Below are positions 7,917 through 16,172 of a stretch of 32,000 bases of DNA, piece by piece (the first letter of the stretch is position 1; each line of letters begins with the position of its first letter). The stretch lies in contig CP065016.1 of assembly GCA_016700375.1 (NCBI GenBank), forward strand, positions 720,001-752,000, given 5' to 3'. The translations under genes were made by a program, and so were the position numbers. This stretch comes from Candidatus Saccharimonadota bacterium. GTDB lineage: Bacteria; Patescibacteriota; Saccharimonadia; Saccharimonadales; UBA4665. The notes under the pieces are model-generated. The model had not been told where the DNA came from. It searched no databases and was given only the letters and a program-made list of their open reading frames with translations.

Positions 7917-8993
7917 CTAGGCCGCTTCAGACTCCTTAGCTTCAAGTTCATTACGGTGTATCTTAGAGAATCTACGATGTTGAAGAACCTGCTGCTGAAT
8001 AGGTGTCAACATACCATTAACGGCATTTTCTCCCAGGTACTTGGCAACCACCCTATCTCTAATGTGAAGTTCCTCGTAAGCCTTACCCTCTATTGGGGAG
8101 ATTGACGCTACGAGGCCAGTAGGAGATTCAACAAGCAGAGCCTGCAAGTATCGTCGTACATTTGCCGCTTTTTGTTTGCGAAGAATTCCTAGGATTTCTT
8201 TAGCATTCGCTATGCCGCCATTTTCATCTGCGACTATCTCTTCCAGAAACCTGTCTCCACTAAGTACTTTTCTGCCTTCGACTTCTTGTGTGCAGTTGTT
8301 AAGCCGGGAACCTATTGTCTGCCTGTGATTTTCAATAAATTCCCTCAGGGCAGCATTTTTGTACAAACTATTTGCCACAATTCCACCTAAAGCATCTTCC
8401 CCTTCACCCGCAAATTGGAATTCCCAGTCAATATCATCTGGTTGATTACCTTTATATTCTTTTCGCGAAGGCAATCTTAAATTAACAGGAGAAACTTCCC
8501 ATCCACCTGCGCCACTTGACTGACCTACGATTCCAGAAATAGCGGCTTCATCTGTAGGGCCGCGAGCAATGAGAAAGGAACTTATGCGACTCGTTCTGCC
8601 GTTACCATCGATAAAAGGATGGGCAAGCAACACCCCCCCCGCTACCGCGAGCGCAGCTCGCTCAAGCGCATCCGCATCCGATAGGCTTCTGTCATGCAGG
8701 AATTCCCGAGCAACATCCCAAGTCTCATATAGGAGCGCCTGCTTCTCGCGCTGGTCAGGAACTTCATGTCCCATGAGTCCTACTTTTTCACCATCAAATG
8801 CTTGTCTTGCTTCGCTGTCTCCAGTACGCACAACTGATGCAGTCTGTTGAAGAAAGTCGATGAAGCCATCACCATTCATGTGTTCAAAATAATCACGCCG
8901 TAGAATTGGGTCGTTAAGAGCCTCATTCGAAGCCATGAATGCCGAGATTTCACCAACATTATTTGTACTGTGAGCGACTGCTTCTTGGGACAT
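7917..8993 (-). CDS. fic: Fic-domain protein (putative AMPylase / adenylyltransferase)
   Basis: Canonical Fic motif HPFIDGNGRTSR (nt 8586-8621). Start taken at ATG 8993 (MSQEAVAHS..) because the track's TTG start at 9041 lies inside the predicted promoter. Confidence 0.92.
   Translation of the reverse strand: MSQEAVAHSTNNVGEISAFMASNEALNDPILRRDYFEHMNGDGFIDFLQQTASVVRTGDSEARQAFDGEKVGLMGHEVPDQREKQALLYETWDVAREFLHDRSLSDADALERAALAVAGGVLLAHPFIDGNGRTSRISSFLIARGPTDEAAISGIVGQSSGAGGWEVSPVNLRLPSRKEYKGNQPDDIDWEFQFAGEGEDALGGIVANSLYKNAALREFIENHRQTIGSRLNNCTQEVEGRKVLSGDRFLEEIVADENGGIANAKEILGILRKQKAANVRRYLQALLVESPTGLVASISPIEGKAYEELHIRDRVVAKYLGENAVNGMLTPIQQQVLQHRRFSKIHRNELEAKESEAA
8633..8640 (-). repeat. G8 (C8 on the plus strand) homopolymeric tract inside fic
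   Basis: ccccccc c run at 8633-8640. It encodes ..A-G-G-V.. four codons upstream of the Fic-motif His codon (8619-8621). Confidence 0.9.
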
Positions 8994-9031
8994 ATGGACT
9001 AACCTTTTTTGTTTTTCATTGAACGATATAT

Positions 9032-9060
9032 ATCTTAGCAAAAAGCTTGTGATTTGTCAA
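9032..9060 (-). promoter_or_regulatory. Promoter of fic: TTGACA-17 nt-TAAGAT
   Basis: Minus strand: TTGACA 9060-9055, TAAGAT 9037-9032. A ~30-nt leader with AAAGG lies before ATG 8993. Confidence 0.5.
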
Positions 9061-9129
9061 GATTTGTTGTTTTGTATGAATGTTTGCGAAGTGTGCTACA
9101 GCGGGCCGGAGGATTATGTGCGATAATGT

Positions 9130-11313
9130 ATGTACATGCCGAGAGTTGTGATTGTTTCCAACCGGCTGCCGGTGAGCGTGAAAAAGGTGGACGGCAAGCT
9201 AGAATTTTCCCCTTCGGCCGGAGGGCTAGCGACTGGTTTGTCTTCATACGCCACAACTGGCGCCAATCGCTGGATAGGCTGGCCCGGTATAGCTAGCGAC
9301 GACCTCACCGACGGCGAACGAAAGCATATTACGGTCGAGCTTCGCAAACACCATTGCTACCCTGTTTTCCTTACCCAAAAACAACTAGATGGTTTCTATA
9401 ACGGCTACAGCAACAGCGTGCTCTGGCCGCTCTTTCACCACATGAAAGTCGACGCAGGTGACACGCCCTCAAACTGGCGCTCATATAAAGAGGTAAATAA
9501 ACTATATGCCGAGGCCACTTTATCACTTAGTCGCGAAACTGACCGACTCTGGCTGCACGACTACCAGCTTATGCTACTCCCAGAAATGCTCCGTATTGCC
9601 CGCCCCAAAAGTCACATTGGCTTTTTCCTTCATATCCCCTTCCCTTCGAGCAATATATTTCTTGAGTCGAAGCACGCAGCCGAGCTGACAAAAGGACTTC
9701 TGGGCGCAGACCTTATTGGCATGCATACATCTGCTTATGTAGAAAACTTTCTGTCATGCAGTCGTGAACTGCAGATTGGGTTAGTAGCACCCAAAAAAGT
9801 AGTACTCCCGGAGCGCGTTGTACGCGTGACTGACCTTCCCATTGGCATCGATTACCGCAAGTTTGCCGATGCTAGCCGTTCGCTCGAAGTCACTATTGAA
9901 CACAAAAAGTTACTCTGGAAATACCTAGGGAAAAAAGTCATTCTTACTATAGACCGACTCGACCCATCAAAAGGCCTCCTAGGCAGGCTAAAGGCCTACC
10001 GCATGCTGCTTGCAGAAAATCCGAAACTTCGCGGTAAAGTAGTTATGGTCATGCAAGCCATGCCATCACGTACAGAAGTAGCCGCCTACCAGAAGCTCAG
10101 GGTCGATGTCGAAAAACTGGTTGAGCAAATTAACTCCCAGTTCGGTACGCGCCGTTGGCAACCGGTAGAAACTATTTTTTCACCGCTACCATTTGCACAG
10201 TATGCTGCCCTCTATCAACGCGCCGATGTTGCCTTCATTGCCCCTATACGCGATGGCATGAACCTCGTCGCCAAGGAATATTTGGCAAGTCACCCGAAAA
10301 GCGATGGCATACTCATTCTCAGCGAAACCGCTGGTGCTGCCGAAGAACTGAAAGATGCTGTACTGGTTAACCCCTACAAATTACGCAGCCTTGTCACCGG
10401 CTTAACCGACGCGCTCAACATGACCCCGAGTGGCTTTCTGCGTCGTACCCGCAAAATGCAACGTATACTGCGCCGAAATACCATAGACAAGTGGGCTGCT
10501 GGTTTTATTGACTTACTCGAGCATCCAATCCCAGTTCCAACCATTCGCATAACCCGTACGCTGAGCGAGTCGTTACAGCGTCATCTCAAAGCACAACATA
10601 AATACGCCCATAAAAGGTTATTCCTTTTTGATTATGATGGCACACTTCAACCTATAGTACAGAGACCAGAGCAGGCGAAGCCATCTAGTGAAACTATTGC
10701 ACTGCTCCGAAAGCTCGCAAAAAACCCAAAAAATCATGTCGTTGTCATTAGTGGGCGCGAAAAAAATAACCTCCACACATGGCTGGGTCATCTTCCAATC
10801 ACCCTGGTGGCGGAACATGGCGGATGGATTAGGTTCCATGACCATAAAAGCTGGAGGCAGACGACCCAGTCGTCTTTGTTATGGAAAGACGAGGTAGAAA
10901 AAATATTTAATCAGTATACTAAAAAAACGCCTGGCTCAATGACAGAGCAAAAAACTTATAGCATTGCTTGGCACTACCGGAATGCAACGCCATTTTCGGC
11001 ACAAAAAAATCTCATCGCACTAAAGCAACTTCTCAGACCACTCGCACAGAACCATGGGTTACGCATAAAAGACGGTAAAATGGTGCTAGAAGTTCACCCG
11101 CTAGATATTAGCAAAGGTCATGCTGTGCAAGAATGGCTTATAGGGTCAGAATATGATTTCGTTATGGCCATAGGCGATGACACCACCGACGAAGACATGT
11201 TTGCAGCGTTACCGCCTACCGCCTACACTATTAAAGTCGGCCGCGGCCGTACTCTGGCTAACTATCGCCTCCCAAACCCAACCACCGTCCACCAACTACT
11301 GCGAAAACTATAA
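9130..11313 (+). CDS. otsA/otsB: Bifunctional trehalose-6-phosphate synthase (GT20, OtsA-like) / trehalose-6-phosphate phosphatase (HAD, OtsB-like) fusion
   Basis: N-terminus: VVIVSNRLPVSV..GGLATGL.., GFFLHIPFPSSNIF..LLGADLIGMHT (OtsA). C-terminus: LFLFDYDGTL..VVVISGR..IGDDTTDEDMF (T6PP HAD motifs). One continuous 727-aa ORF; ATG 9136 is an alternative start. Confidence 0.92.
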   Translation: MYMPRVVIVSNRLPVSVKKVDGKLEFSPSAGGLATGLSSYATTGANRWIGWPGIASDDLTDGERKHITVELRKHHCYPVFLTQKQLDGFYNGYSNSVLWPLFHHMKVDAGDTPSNWRSYKEVNKLYAEATLSLSRETDRLWLHDYQLMLLPEMLRIARPKSHIGFFLHIPFPSSNIFLESKHAAELTKGLLGADLIGMHTSAYVENFLSCSRELQIGLVAPKKVVLPERVVRVTDLPIGIDYRKFADASRSLEVTIEHKKLLWKYLGKKVILTIDRLDPSKGLLGRLKAYRMLLAENPKLRGKVVMVMQAMPSRTEVAAYQKLRVDVEKLVEQINSQFGTRRWQPVETIFSPLPFAQYAALYQRADVAFIAPIRDGMNLVAKEYLASHPKSDGILILSETAGAAEELKDAVLVNPYKLRSLVTGLTDALNMTPSGFLRRTRKMQRILRRNTIDKWAAGFIDLLEHPIPVPTIRITRTLSESLQRHLKAQHKYAHKRLFLFDYDGTLQPIVQRPEQAKPSSETIALLRKLAKNPKNHVVVISGREKNNLHTWLGHLPITLVAEHGGWIRFHDHKSWRQTTQSSLLWKDEVEKIFNQYTKKTPGSMTEQKTYSIAWHYRNATPFSAQKNLIALKQLLRPLAQNHGLRIKDGKMVLEVHPLDISKGHAVQEWLIGSEYDFVMAIGDDTTDEDMFAALPPTAYTIKVGRGRTLANYRLPNPTTVHQLLRKL

Positions 11314-12180
11314 CGACTGACAAACTTCGCAAAAGTGGGTGCCGCGGGCGGCGACACGGATTTTGGTGATGGTTGTGCCGCAGCGCGGACAGGGCTGGCC
11401 GTCACGCCGGAACACATTCGCAAAGCTCAGGTAGCTCCCTTTTTTGCCTTCGGCATTCACATAGTTTTTGTCGGTACTGCCGCCCTTTTCTATGGAAAGC
11501 TTCATAACGGCTTTGATTTCAGATGCTAGGCAGTGGATACTTGCTGCGGATACGTTTTTAACGAGTGTTTTTGGGTGTATCTTCGCCGCCCACAGTGACT
11601 CATCTGCGTAAATATTCCCAACCCCAGCCAGTACGGTCTGGTCAAGAATAGCTGCTTTAATCGACGTATTTTTTCGCCGCTGCAGTCGCTGGTACAGCAC
11701 CTCACCCGTAAATGAACTTTCTAGCGGTTCGGGGCCAACTTTTTTCATAAAATCCATGTTTTGTATTTCGCTCGTAGGATACAGTTTCATCCAACCAAAT
11801 TTACGAAGGTCGTTAAAATACATACGGGTACCGTCGGTGAAGTCAATGTGCTCACGAGTGGTATTGTCTGGCAGTTCCCGCACAAAACTATCGTTTGGAT
11901 GCCCCGCTCCCCACCGCTCGTGATCACTCACTACAATAATCTGCCCTGTCATTTTCAAGTGACATGCTAGCGTATAACCACTTGAAAGCTCGATGAACAA
12001 CATCTTTGCCCTTCGCCACACTCGCGAGACTGTTGCCCCCACCAGAAACTGCTTAACATCCGCTGGTACGTTCGGAAAACTTTTTAGACTCCCGTAGTTA
12101 TGAACGCCGCATACGGTCTTTCCGACAAGCAGTGTCGTAAGCCCGCGGCGTATGGTTTCTACCTCTGGTAGCTCTGGCAT
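11308..12180 (-). CDS. mutM: Formamidopyrimidine-DNA glycosylase (Fpg/MutM)
   Basis: MPELPEVETIRRGL.. (catalytic N-terminal Pro) and a C-terminal zinc finger CPRCGTTITKIRVAARGTHFCEVCQ. Start set at ATG 12180, not the longer track ORF. Its 3' end overlaps the otsA/otsB 3' end by 6 nt. Confidence 0.95.
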   Translation of the reverse strand: MPELPEVETIRRGLTTLLVGKTVCGVHNYGSLKSFPNVPADVKQFLVGATVSRVWRRAKMLFIELSSGYTLACHLKMTGQIIVVSDHERWGAGHPNDSFVRELPDNTTREHIDFTDGTRMYFNDLRKFGWMKLYPTSEIQNMDFMKKVGPEPLESSFTGEVLYQRLQRRKNTSIKAAILDQTVLAGVGNIYADESLWAAKIHPKTLVKNVSAASIHCLASEIKAVMKLSIEKGGSTDKNYVNAEGKKGSYLSFANVFRRDGQPCPRCGTTITKIRVAARGTHFCEVCQSL

Positions 12181-12289
12181 GCTCCCATTGTACACCTCCC
12201 CAACCTCAAGATGTTTCAATAATCCGAACGTACAGTAAGCTTATTAGGATATTGCAGGCAACCTTGCCGTACTTGATACTTAACCATTA

Positions 12290-12547
12290 ATGCCAGATAC
12301 TTATAGCTCTATGGACGGTCTTGCAGACATACTCAGCAACAAGGATTTTGATATTCCCCCCGAAGCGCAGGCTATAAAAGAATACGTCCGGCGACACTAT
12401 GACCATGAGGTGACAGTCACAATCCAGCAACGTACGATTCTCATTGCCGCGCGAAGCGCAGCGCTCATTGGTACGCTACGGTTAAATGCACCAGCCATTC
12501 AAAAGTTTGCTCAAACAGAGAAAAAACTACTGTTTCGCGTCTCTTAG
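12290..12547 (+). CDS. Small conserved hypothetical protein, possibly DUF721/DciA-like
   Basis: 85 aa; ..IKEYVRRHYDHEVTVTIQQRTILIAARSAALIGTLRLNAPAIQKFAQTEKKLLFRV follows my recollection of the DUF721 pattern (beta-strand, 'SSAwaqELr', ..i.FRV). Not verifiable without a profile search. Confidence 0.4.
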   Translation: MPDTYSSMDGLADILSNKDFDIPPEAQAIKEYVRRHYDHEVTVTIQQRTILIAARSAALIGTLRLNAPAIQKFAQTEKKLLFRVS

Positions 12548-13111
12548 CAATGCGTTCAAATCGTCCGTAAACTGAACAAAATCCGTATACACGACTGCCT
12601 GCATGCCTGCCTGGCGCGCCGCCTCACAAAAATCCGGTTTGTCGTCGGTAAATACACACTCGTTCGGCAGCACACCCAACCGCTCAGCCGCAATACCATA
12701 CGCTCTGGCATCGGGTTTTATATACCCAATTTCGGCAGAGGCAATAACCGCATCAAAATAGCGCGCAAGCTCGTTATTCGGAAATCGCCTGTCTAAGCTG
12801 CCCATCGCCACGTTCGATAGCATACCGGTTTTGTAGTGTTTTCGAAGGACGAGAATATAGTCCAAAAGCTGTTGATTGCGCACTTCTCCTGCGCGTACTT
12901 GAGCCCGGAAATCTTCGACGTCCATACCAAGAATATTGGCTATTCTCGTATTTGATTCTTGAGGCTCTATCAATCCCCTATTATTTGCGGCGACAATGTC
13001 CTTTACCTCAAGAGCAGCTACAGGATTTTCGCGCGCCAGCGAAGCACGAATCTCCTGAAGCGAATCGGTGAGCACCACGCCAAAGCAGTCAAAAATAATG
13101 GCCTTAATCAT
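12527..13111 (-). CDS. HAD-superfamily hydrolase (subfamily IA-like)
   Basis: MIKAIIFDCFGVVL (motif I with DxF), ..MLSN (motif II), ..KPD.., ..FTDDK (motif IV). Confidence 0.8.
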   Translation of the reverse strand: MIKAIIFDCFGVVLTDSLQEIRASLARENPVAALEVKDIVAANNRGLIEPQESNTRIANILGMDVEDFRAQVRAGEVRNQQLLDYILVLRKHYKTGMLSNVAMGSLDRRFPNNELARYFDAVIASAEIGYIKPDARAYGIAAERLGVLPNECVFTDDKPDFCEAARQAGMQAVVYTDFVQFTDDLNALLRDAKQ

Positions 13112-13682
13112 CGGCTAGCATACCCCGTAGGTCCTGTATGGTCTGCTCGGCCGTTTGGTATAGAACACCTCGCATGCCCATAGTTTCAGCAGCCAGCAGG
13201 TGCGTAGATTTGTCATCAACCATCACGCAAGCCTCTGGCTCCACGTCTAGTTCGCGGCACATCAGTACAAACATTGCCGGGTCTGGTTTTGTCAGGCCAA
13301 CGGCAAATGAACCTATAGCGGCATCAAATAATGCATACTGCTCAGCAGAAAATATGCTTTGAAATACGTCGTGACTCGTGTTGCTCAATAGTCCAATCTT
13401 GTACGCTGGCTTGAGTTCACCAGCAATGTAATCTAGCAAAGGTGTATTAACCCGGGTATGTTCAAACTGATGCCGAATTGTTCGTTCACTTTGTTTAGTC
13501 GCTGCAGCTAAAGCCTGCACAAACTCCTCTTGGGTTGCTAACCCTGCGTCTGCCCGCTGTCCCAGCCGTCGTAGGCGCTCCCATTCGTCGGAACGCTCAG
13601 AAAAATGTTCTGCTTTAAACTGTTGCCAGCCATTAAGGCCAAGCACTCCGTATAAGTCAAATACAACCGCACGTATTTTCAT
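13104..13682 (-). CDS. HAD-superfamily hydrolase (subfamily IA-like), tandem paralogue
   Basis: MKIRAVVFDLYGVL, ..LLSNTS, ..KPDP.., ..MVDDK. 8-nt overlap with the downstream paralogue. Confidence 0.8.
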   Translation of the reverse strand: MKIRAVVFDLYGVLGLNGWQQFKAEHFSERSDEWERLRRLGQRADAGLATQEEFVQALAAATKQSERTIRHQFEHTRVNTPLLDYIAGELKPAYKIGLLSNTSHDVFQSIFSAEQYALFDAAIGSFAVGLTKPDPAMFVLMCRELDVEPEACVMVDDKSTHLLAAETMGMRGVLYQTAEQTIQDLRGMLADD

Positions 13683-13700
13683 ATGCTTTATTGTAGCAAG

Positions 13701-14288
13701 TTAACGCACAGTCATGCCGCGGGTAAACTCGCTGTACGTCACAGGAGGGATTTGGCGCTCAAAAAGTTGCCTCACCGCATCTCGCTTCCCGCCAAAACTA
13801 CCGGTGCCGCACGAAGTAGACCAGTACCGGAGCACGTCGCTGCCATTGTTTTTCAGCGAGTACACATAGCGGCTCTGGAGCGGACACTGCCCGCGTTCGT
13901 CCTTTAGGGTCGTTTTGTTCCCTTTTGTAAAGCCCAGCGTATCTAAACCTTTGAGGAAGTTAAGATATCCGTCTTGTGTGTTGGGGAAAACTTCTTGGCG
14001 TATAACTTGGCCCTCATAACCGCTCATGAGCTCAATCTTGCTCTGAGACGCTTCGACTGTAATTCGTATGCTGCGGTGGTTCTGGTTGACGACTATCGGC
14101 CCGTCTATGAGGAATTCGGCTGCCGTGCCACTGTGCGCATATGAGCTCAACTTTGTCGTTACGATAGGTGCATTCTGATTACCGCCACTAAACACCTTAC
14201 TAAAGAGAAGGATAATGAGCCATATAAGACCAATAACAATTAGCAAAAATACGATGATTCGGATGATTCGCGGACTGTCATTCACCAT
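13701..14288 (-). CDS. Hypothetical membrane-anchored protein (one N-terminal TM helix, ~150-aa extracytoplasmic domain with two Cys)
   Basis: IIRIIVFLLIVIGLIWLIILLF is a TM segment. I recognise no family. A near-consensus promoter lies directly upstream. Confidence 0.6.
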   Translation of the reverse strand: MVNDSPRIIRIIVFLLIVIGLIWLIILLFSKVFSGGNQNAPIVTTKLSSYAHSGTAAEFLIDGPIVVNQNHRSIRITVEASQSKIELMSGYEGQVIRQEVFPNTQDGYLNFLKGLDTLGFTKGNKTTLKDERGQCPLQSRYVYSLKNNGSDVLRYWSTSCGTGSFGGKRDAVRQLFERQIPPVTYSEFTRGMTVR

Positions 14289-14297
14289 AATGTAAGC

Positions 14298-14326
14298 ATT
14301 ATAGCATAAATGCTTTAATTTTGCAA
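14298..14326 (-). promoter_or_regulatory. Near-consensus promoter TTGCAA-17 nt-TATAAT, 9 nt from ATG 14288
   Basis: Minus strand: TTGCAA 14326-14321, TATAAT 14303-14298. It overlaps a 7-bp inverted repeat AAGCATT/AATGCTT (14294-14300 / 14309-14315). Confidence 0.6.
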
Positions 14327-14349
14327 TGCTTCCTCGTACCGAGCAGTGA

Positions 14350-15474
14350 TTAACGCCATTCGCCTGTTACAGCAGGAGTTTGCGACGGGTTAATCCCCTC
14401 TACATGCCGCGTGCCGTTTTCTTCGTACCACTCGTAGTAGGTACCACACTTACTATCGTCAATACATATGGCGTTACTGCCCACTTTAATGTAGCCGTCA
14501 TTGCGATTCGCAAAATCGCTAATACTTTCACCATATATAGCACCAAACGTAAGCACACTAAAGAGCGCAATGGTCCATAATACGACGGTAGTAATGTTTA
14601 AGACACGGGAATCGTTATGGCCACTTTCTCGTTTCGGGTGACTCACACTGTCAAACAGCCGGTACAGCCAGAATAGTGGCAAAGCAAGTAGCACATATAC
14701 CGCCCCAAAAAATGCTATTTGTTTCCACGGTGTTATGACCGCCAACGTCCCACTCATCTTGAGCTCATCGAGTAGCGCCGCCCATACTCCCGCGACCAGA
14801 AAACCAGTCAACACCACAAGGCCAATGACTATCAGGACAATGGCAATATTTGCCACGACTTTCGCGATAGTGGTTATAACCGAACCAACCCGTGCAACAT
14901 TGTCCTTATCTGTAGCCACTTGCTTCATCTTACCAACGATTTCTTTCGCCGTATCGGGCCTCCCGTAGGCTGCCGCGACCTCTTCAGGCCTTTTGGCCTC
15001 TGGCATCGCAATAGCAAGTATCAAATACACGAGAATCATGAACCCTTGCGTAACAAAAGTAAGAACCACAAATAGTAGCCGCATAACGGTCACGTCTGTG
15101 CCAAAATAGGCTGCCAGCCCGGCACAAACGCCCGCAATCTTGCCATCTTTTGGCAAGCGGTAGAGTTTGCGTTGCTCTTGCTGCGTTGAAACTTCTACTT
15201 TCTCGTCGTCATAATCATCGGTTTCGTGAACAGGCCCAACCTTTTCCAAGATGTCTTGCACGACTCGTGCAGACACAACGTTTTTTCCACTCGTTAGCTC
15301 AGCATCGCACTTATCGGCAATAGCTTGCTCAATATCGTTCACAATATCTTCTTTATCGGGGTTATGAGCGAGTGTTTTCTCTGCTTTGTCCAGATAGGCC
15401 TTCAGGGCTTCATACCCTTCTTCTTCAACCTGATAGGCCCGCCCGTTCAAATTAATAGTAGTCACCTTTTTCAT
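14350..15474 (-). CDS. PspC-domain membrane protein with an N-terminal helical (HAAS/DUF1700-like) module
   Basis: PspC core: KLYRLPKDGKIAGVCAGLAAYFGTDVTVMRLLFVVLTFVTQGFMILVYLILAIAMPEA. N-terminus: ..YEALKAYLDKAEKTL..DIVNDIEQAIADK... Several further TM helices. 4-nt overlap with the upstream padR-family gene. Confidence 0.85.
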   Translation of the reverse strand: MKKVTTINLNGRAYQVEEEGYEALKAYLDKAEKTLAHNPDKEDIVNDIEQAIADKCDAELTSGKNVVSARVVQDILEKVGPVHETDDYDDEKVEVSTQQEQRKLYRLPKDGKIAGVCAGLAAYFGTDVTVMRLLFVVLTFVTQGFMILVYLILAIAMPEAKRPEEVAAAYGRPDTAKEIVGKMKQVATDKDNVARVGSVITTIAKVVANIAIVLIVIGLVVLTGFLVAGVWAALLDELKMSGTLAVITPWKQIAFFGAVYVLLALPLFWLYRLFDSVSHPKRESGHNDSRVLNITTVVLWTIALFSVLTFGAIYGESISDFANRNDGYIKVGSNAICIDDSKCGTYYEWYEENGTRHVEGINPSQTPAVTGEWR

Positions 15475-15845
15475 TGCTTGCCTCCTAGCTCCTCAAGGCT
15501 TTTATATAAATCGTTCCAGTACACGTGCAGCTCCGTCAGGCGCGCCTTGCCTGCTGGCGTTAGACTGTAATACTTACGTGGCGGACCAGCTTCGCTCTCT
15601 GCCCACTCATACGCCAGATATTCATCGCGTTTGAGTCTTGAAAGCAGCGGGTACAGTGTGCCCTCACTGGTGGCAAACGGCGTACTAAGCAACCGTTCAA
15701 GGATGTCTGCTGCGTATACCTTGCTCCGAGAAACTGTACTGAGCACAGCAAACTCAAGCAGCCCTTTGCGTAATGGGGCGAAACTGTCATCTATTTTTTC
15801 TTTGTCCGGCATGTTCAAAGCTACCTTTCTATACCAAGGTACCAT
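15471..15845 (-). CDS. PadR-family transcriptional regulator
   Basis: ..LLEFAVLSTVSRSKVYAADILERLL..SEGTLYPLLSRLKRDEYLAYEWAESEAGPPRKYYSLTPAGK is a textbook PadR wHTH. Start uncertain: ATG 15845 has TAATAT 6 nt upstream; ATG 15812 is the alternative. Confidence 0.85.
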   Translation of the reverse strand: MVPWYRKVALNMPDKEKIDDSFAPLRKGLLEFAVLSTVSRSKVYAADILERLLSTPFATSEGTLYPLLSRLKRDEYLAYEWAESEAGPPRKYYSLTPAGKARLTELHVYWNDLYKSLEELGGKQ

Positions 15846-15899
15846 GTCAAAATATTATTGTCAATATATTTTAATCACCTACCCGTTTTACGCAGGGGT

Positions 15900-16172
15900 T
15901 CAGTTTTTGCAGTAGCCACTGCCGCTGAGCACACTGTTTTTACATAAGTCGTCTTTTACATTCAGCGTGTTCACTGTTTTTTGCCGCAGGTCACTCACCT
16001 TTTGTTCGGTACTTTGCACGTACGTTACAACCTTAAAAACAAGGAGCCCGAGCATAAGCAGCGTGATAACGATAATGCTTCCGAACAAGCTAATCCAGAA
16101 ATTAATAATCTTTAGCTGGCGAGTAAGTTCACGCGCGAGTTTATCGTCTATGAGTGGTCGTTGCTGTTCCAT
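15900..16172 (-). CDS. Small hypothetical single-pass membrane protein
   Basis: MEQQRPLIDDKLARELTRQLKIINFWISLFGSIIVITLLMLGLLVF.. with C-terminal CKNSVLSGSGYC. It overlaps the 3' end of the upstream 308-aa gene. Start uncertain (16172 or 16238). Confidence 0.45.
   Translation of the reverse strand: MEQQRPLIDDKLARELTRQLKIINFWISLFGSIIVITLLMLGLLVFKVVTYVQSTEQKVSDLRQKTVNTLNVKDDLCKNSVLSGSGYCKN

Noticed and set aside
7913-7924. Short perfect or near-perfect palindromes: CGGCCTAGGCCG (7913-7924, at the fic stop), CTATTGCAATAG (2252-2263, at the truB stop), AAGAATTCCTAGGATTTCTT (8181-8200, in fic)
   Set aside because: My back-of-envelope expectation is several 12-bp perfect palindromes and about one 20-bp, one-mismatch-pair palindrome by chance in 32 kb. 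They have no loop for a hairpin and no repeated occurrence.
7917-9041. Apparent lower GC content of the fic gene, the vapBC-methyltransferase block (18871-20212) and the Wzy/PG-binding block (28019-29734), suggesting horizontally acquired islets
   Set aside because: This is only an impression from reading the sequence. I cannot compute windowed GC or codon bias here, and no flanking repeats, tRNA or integrase support island boundaries. It is not reported as a finding. A GC/k-mer window scan would settle it.
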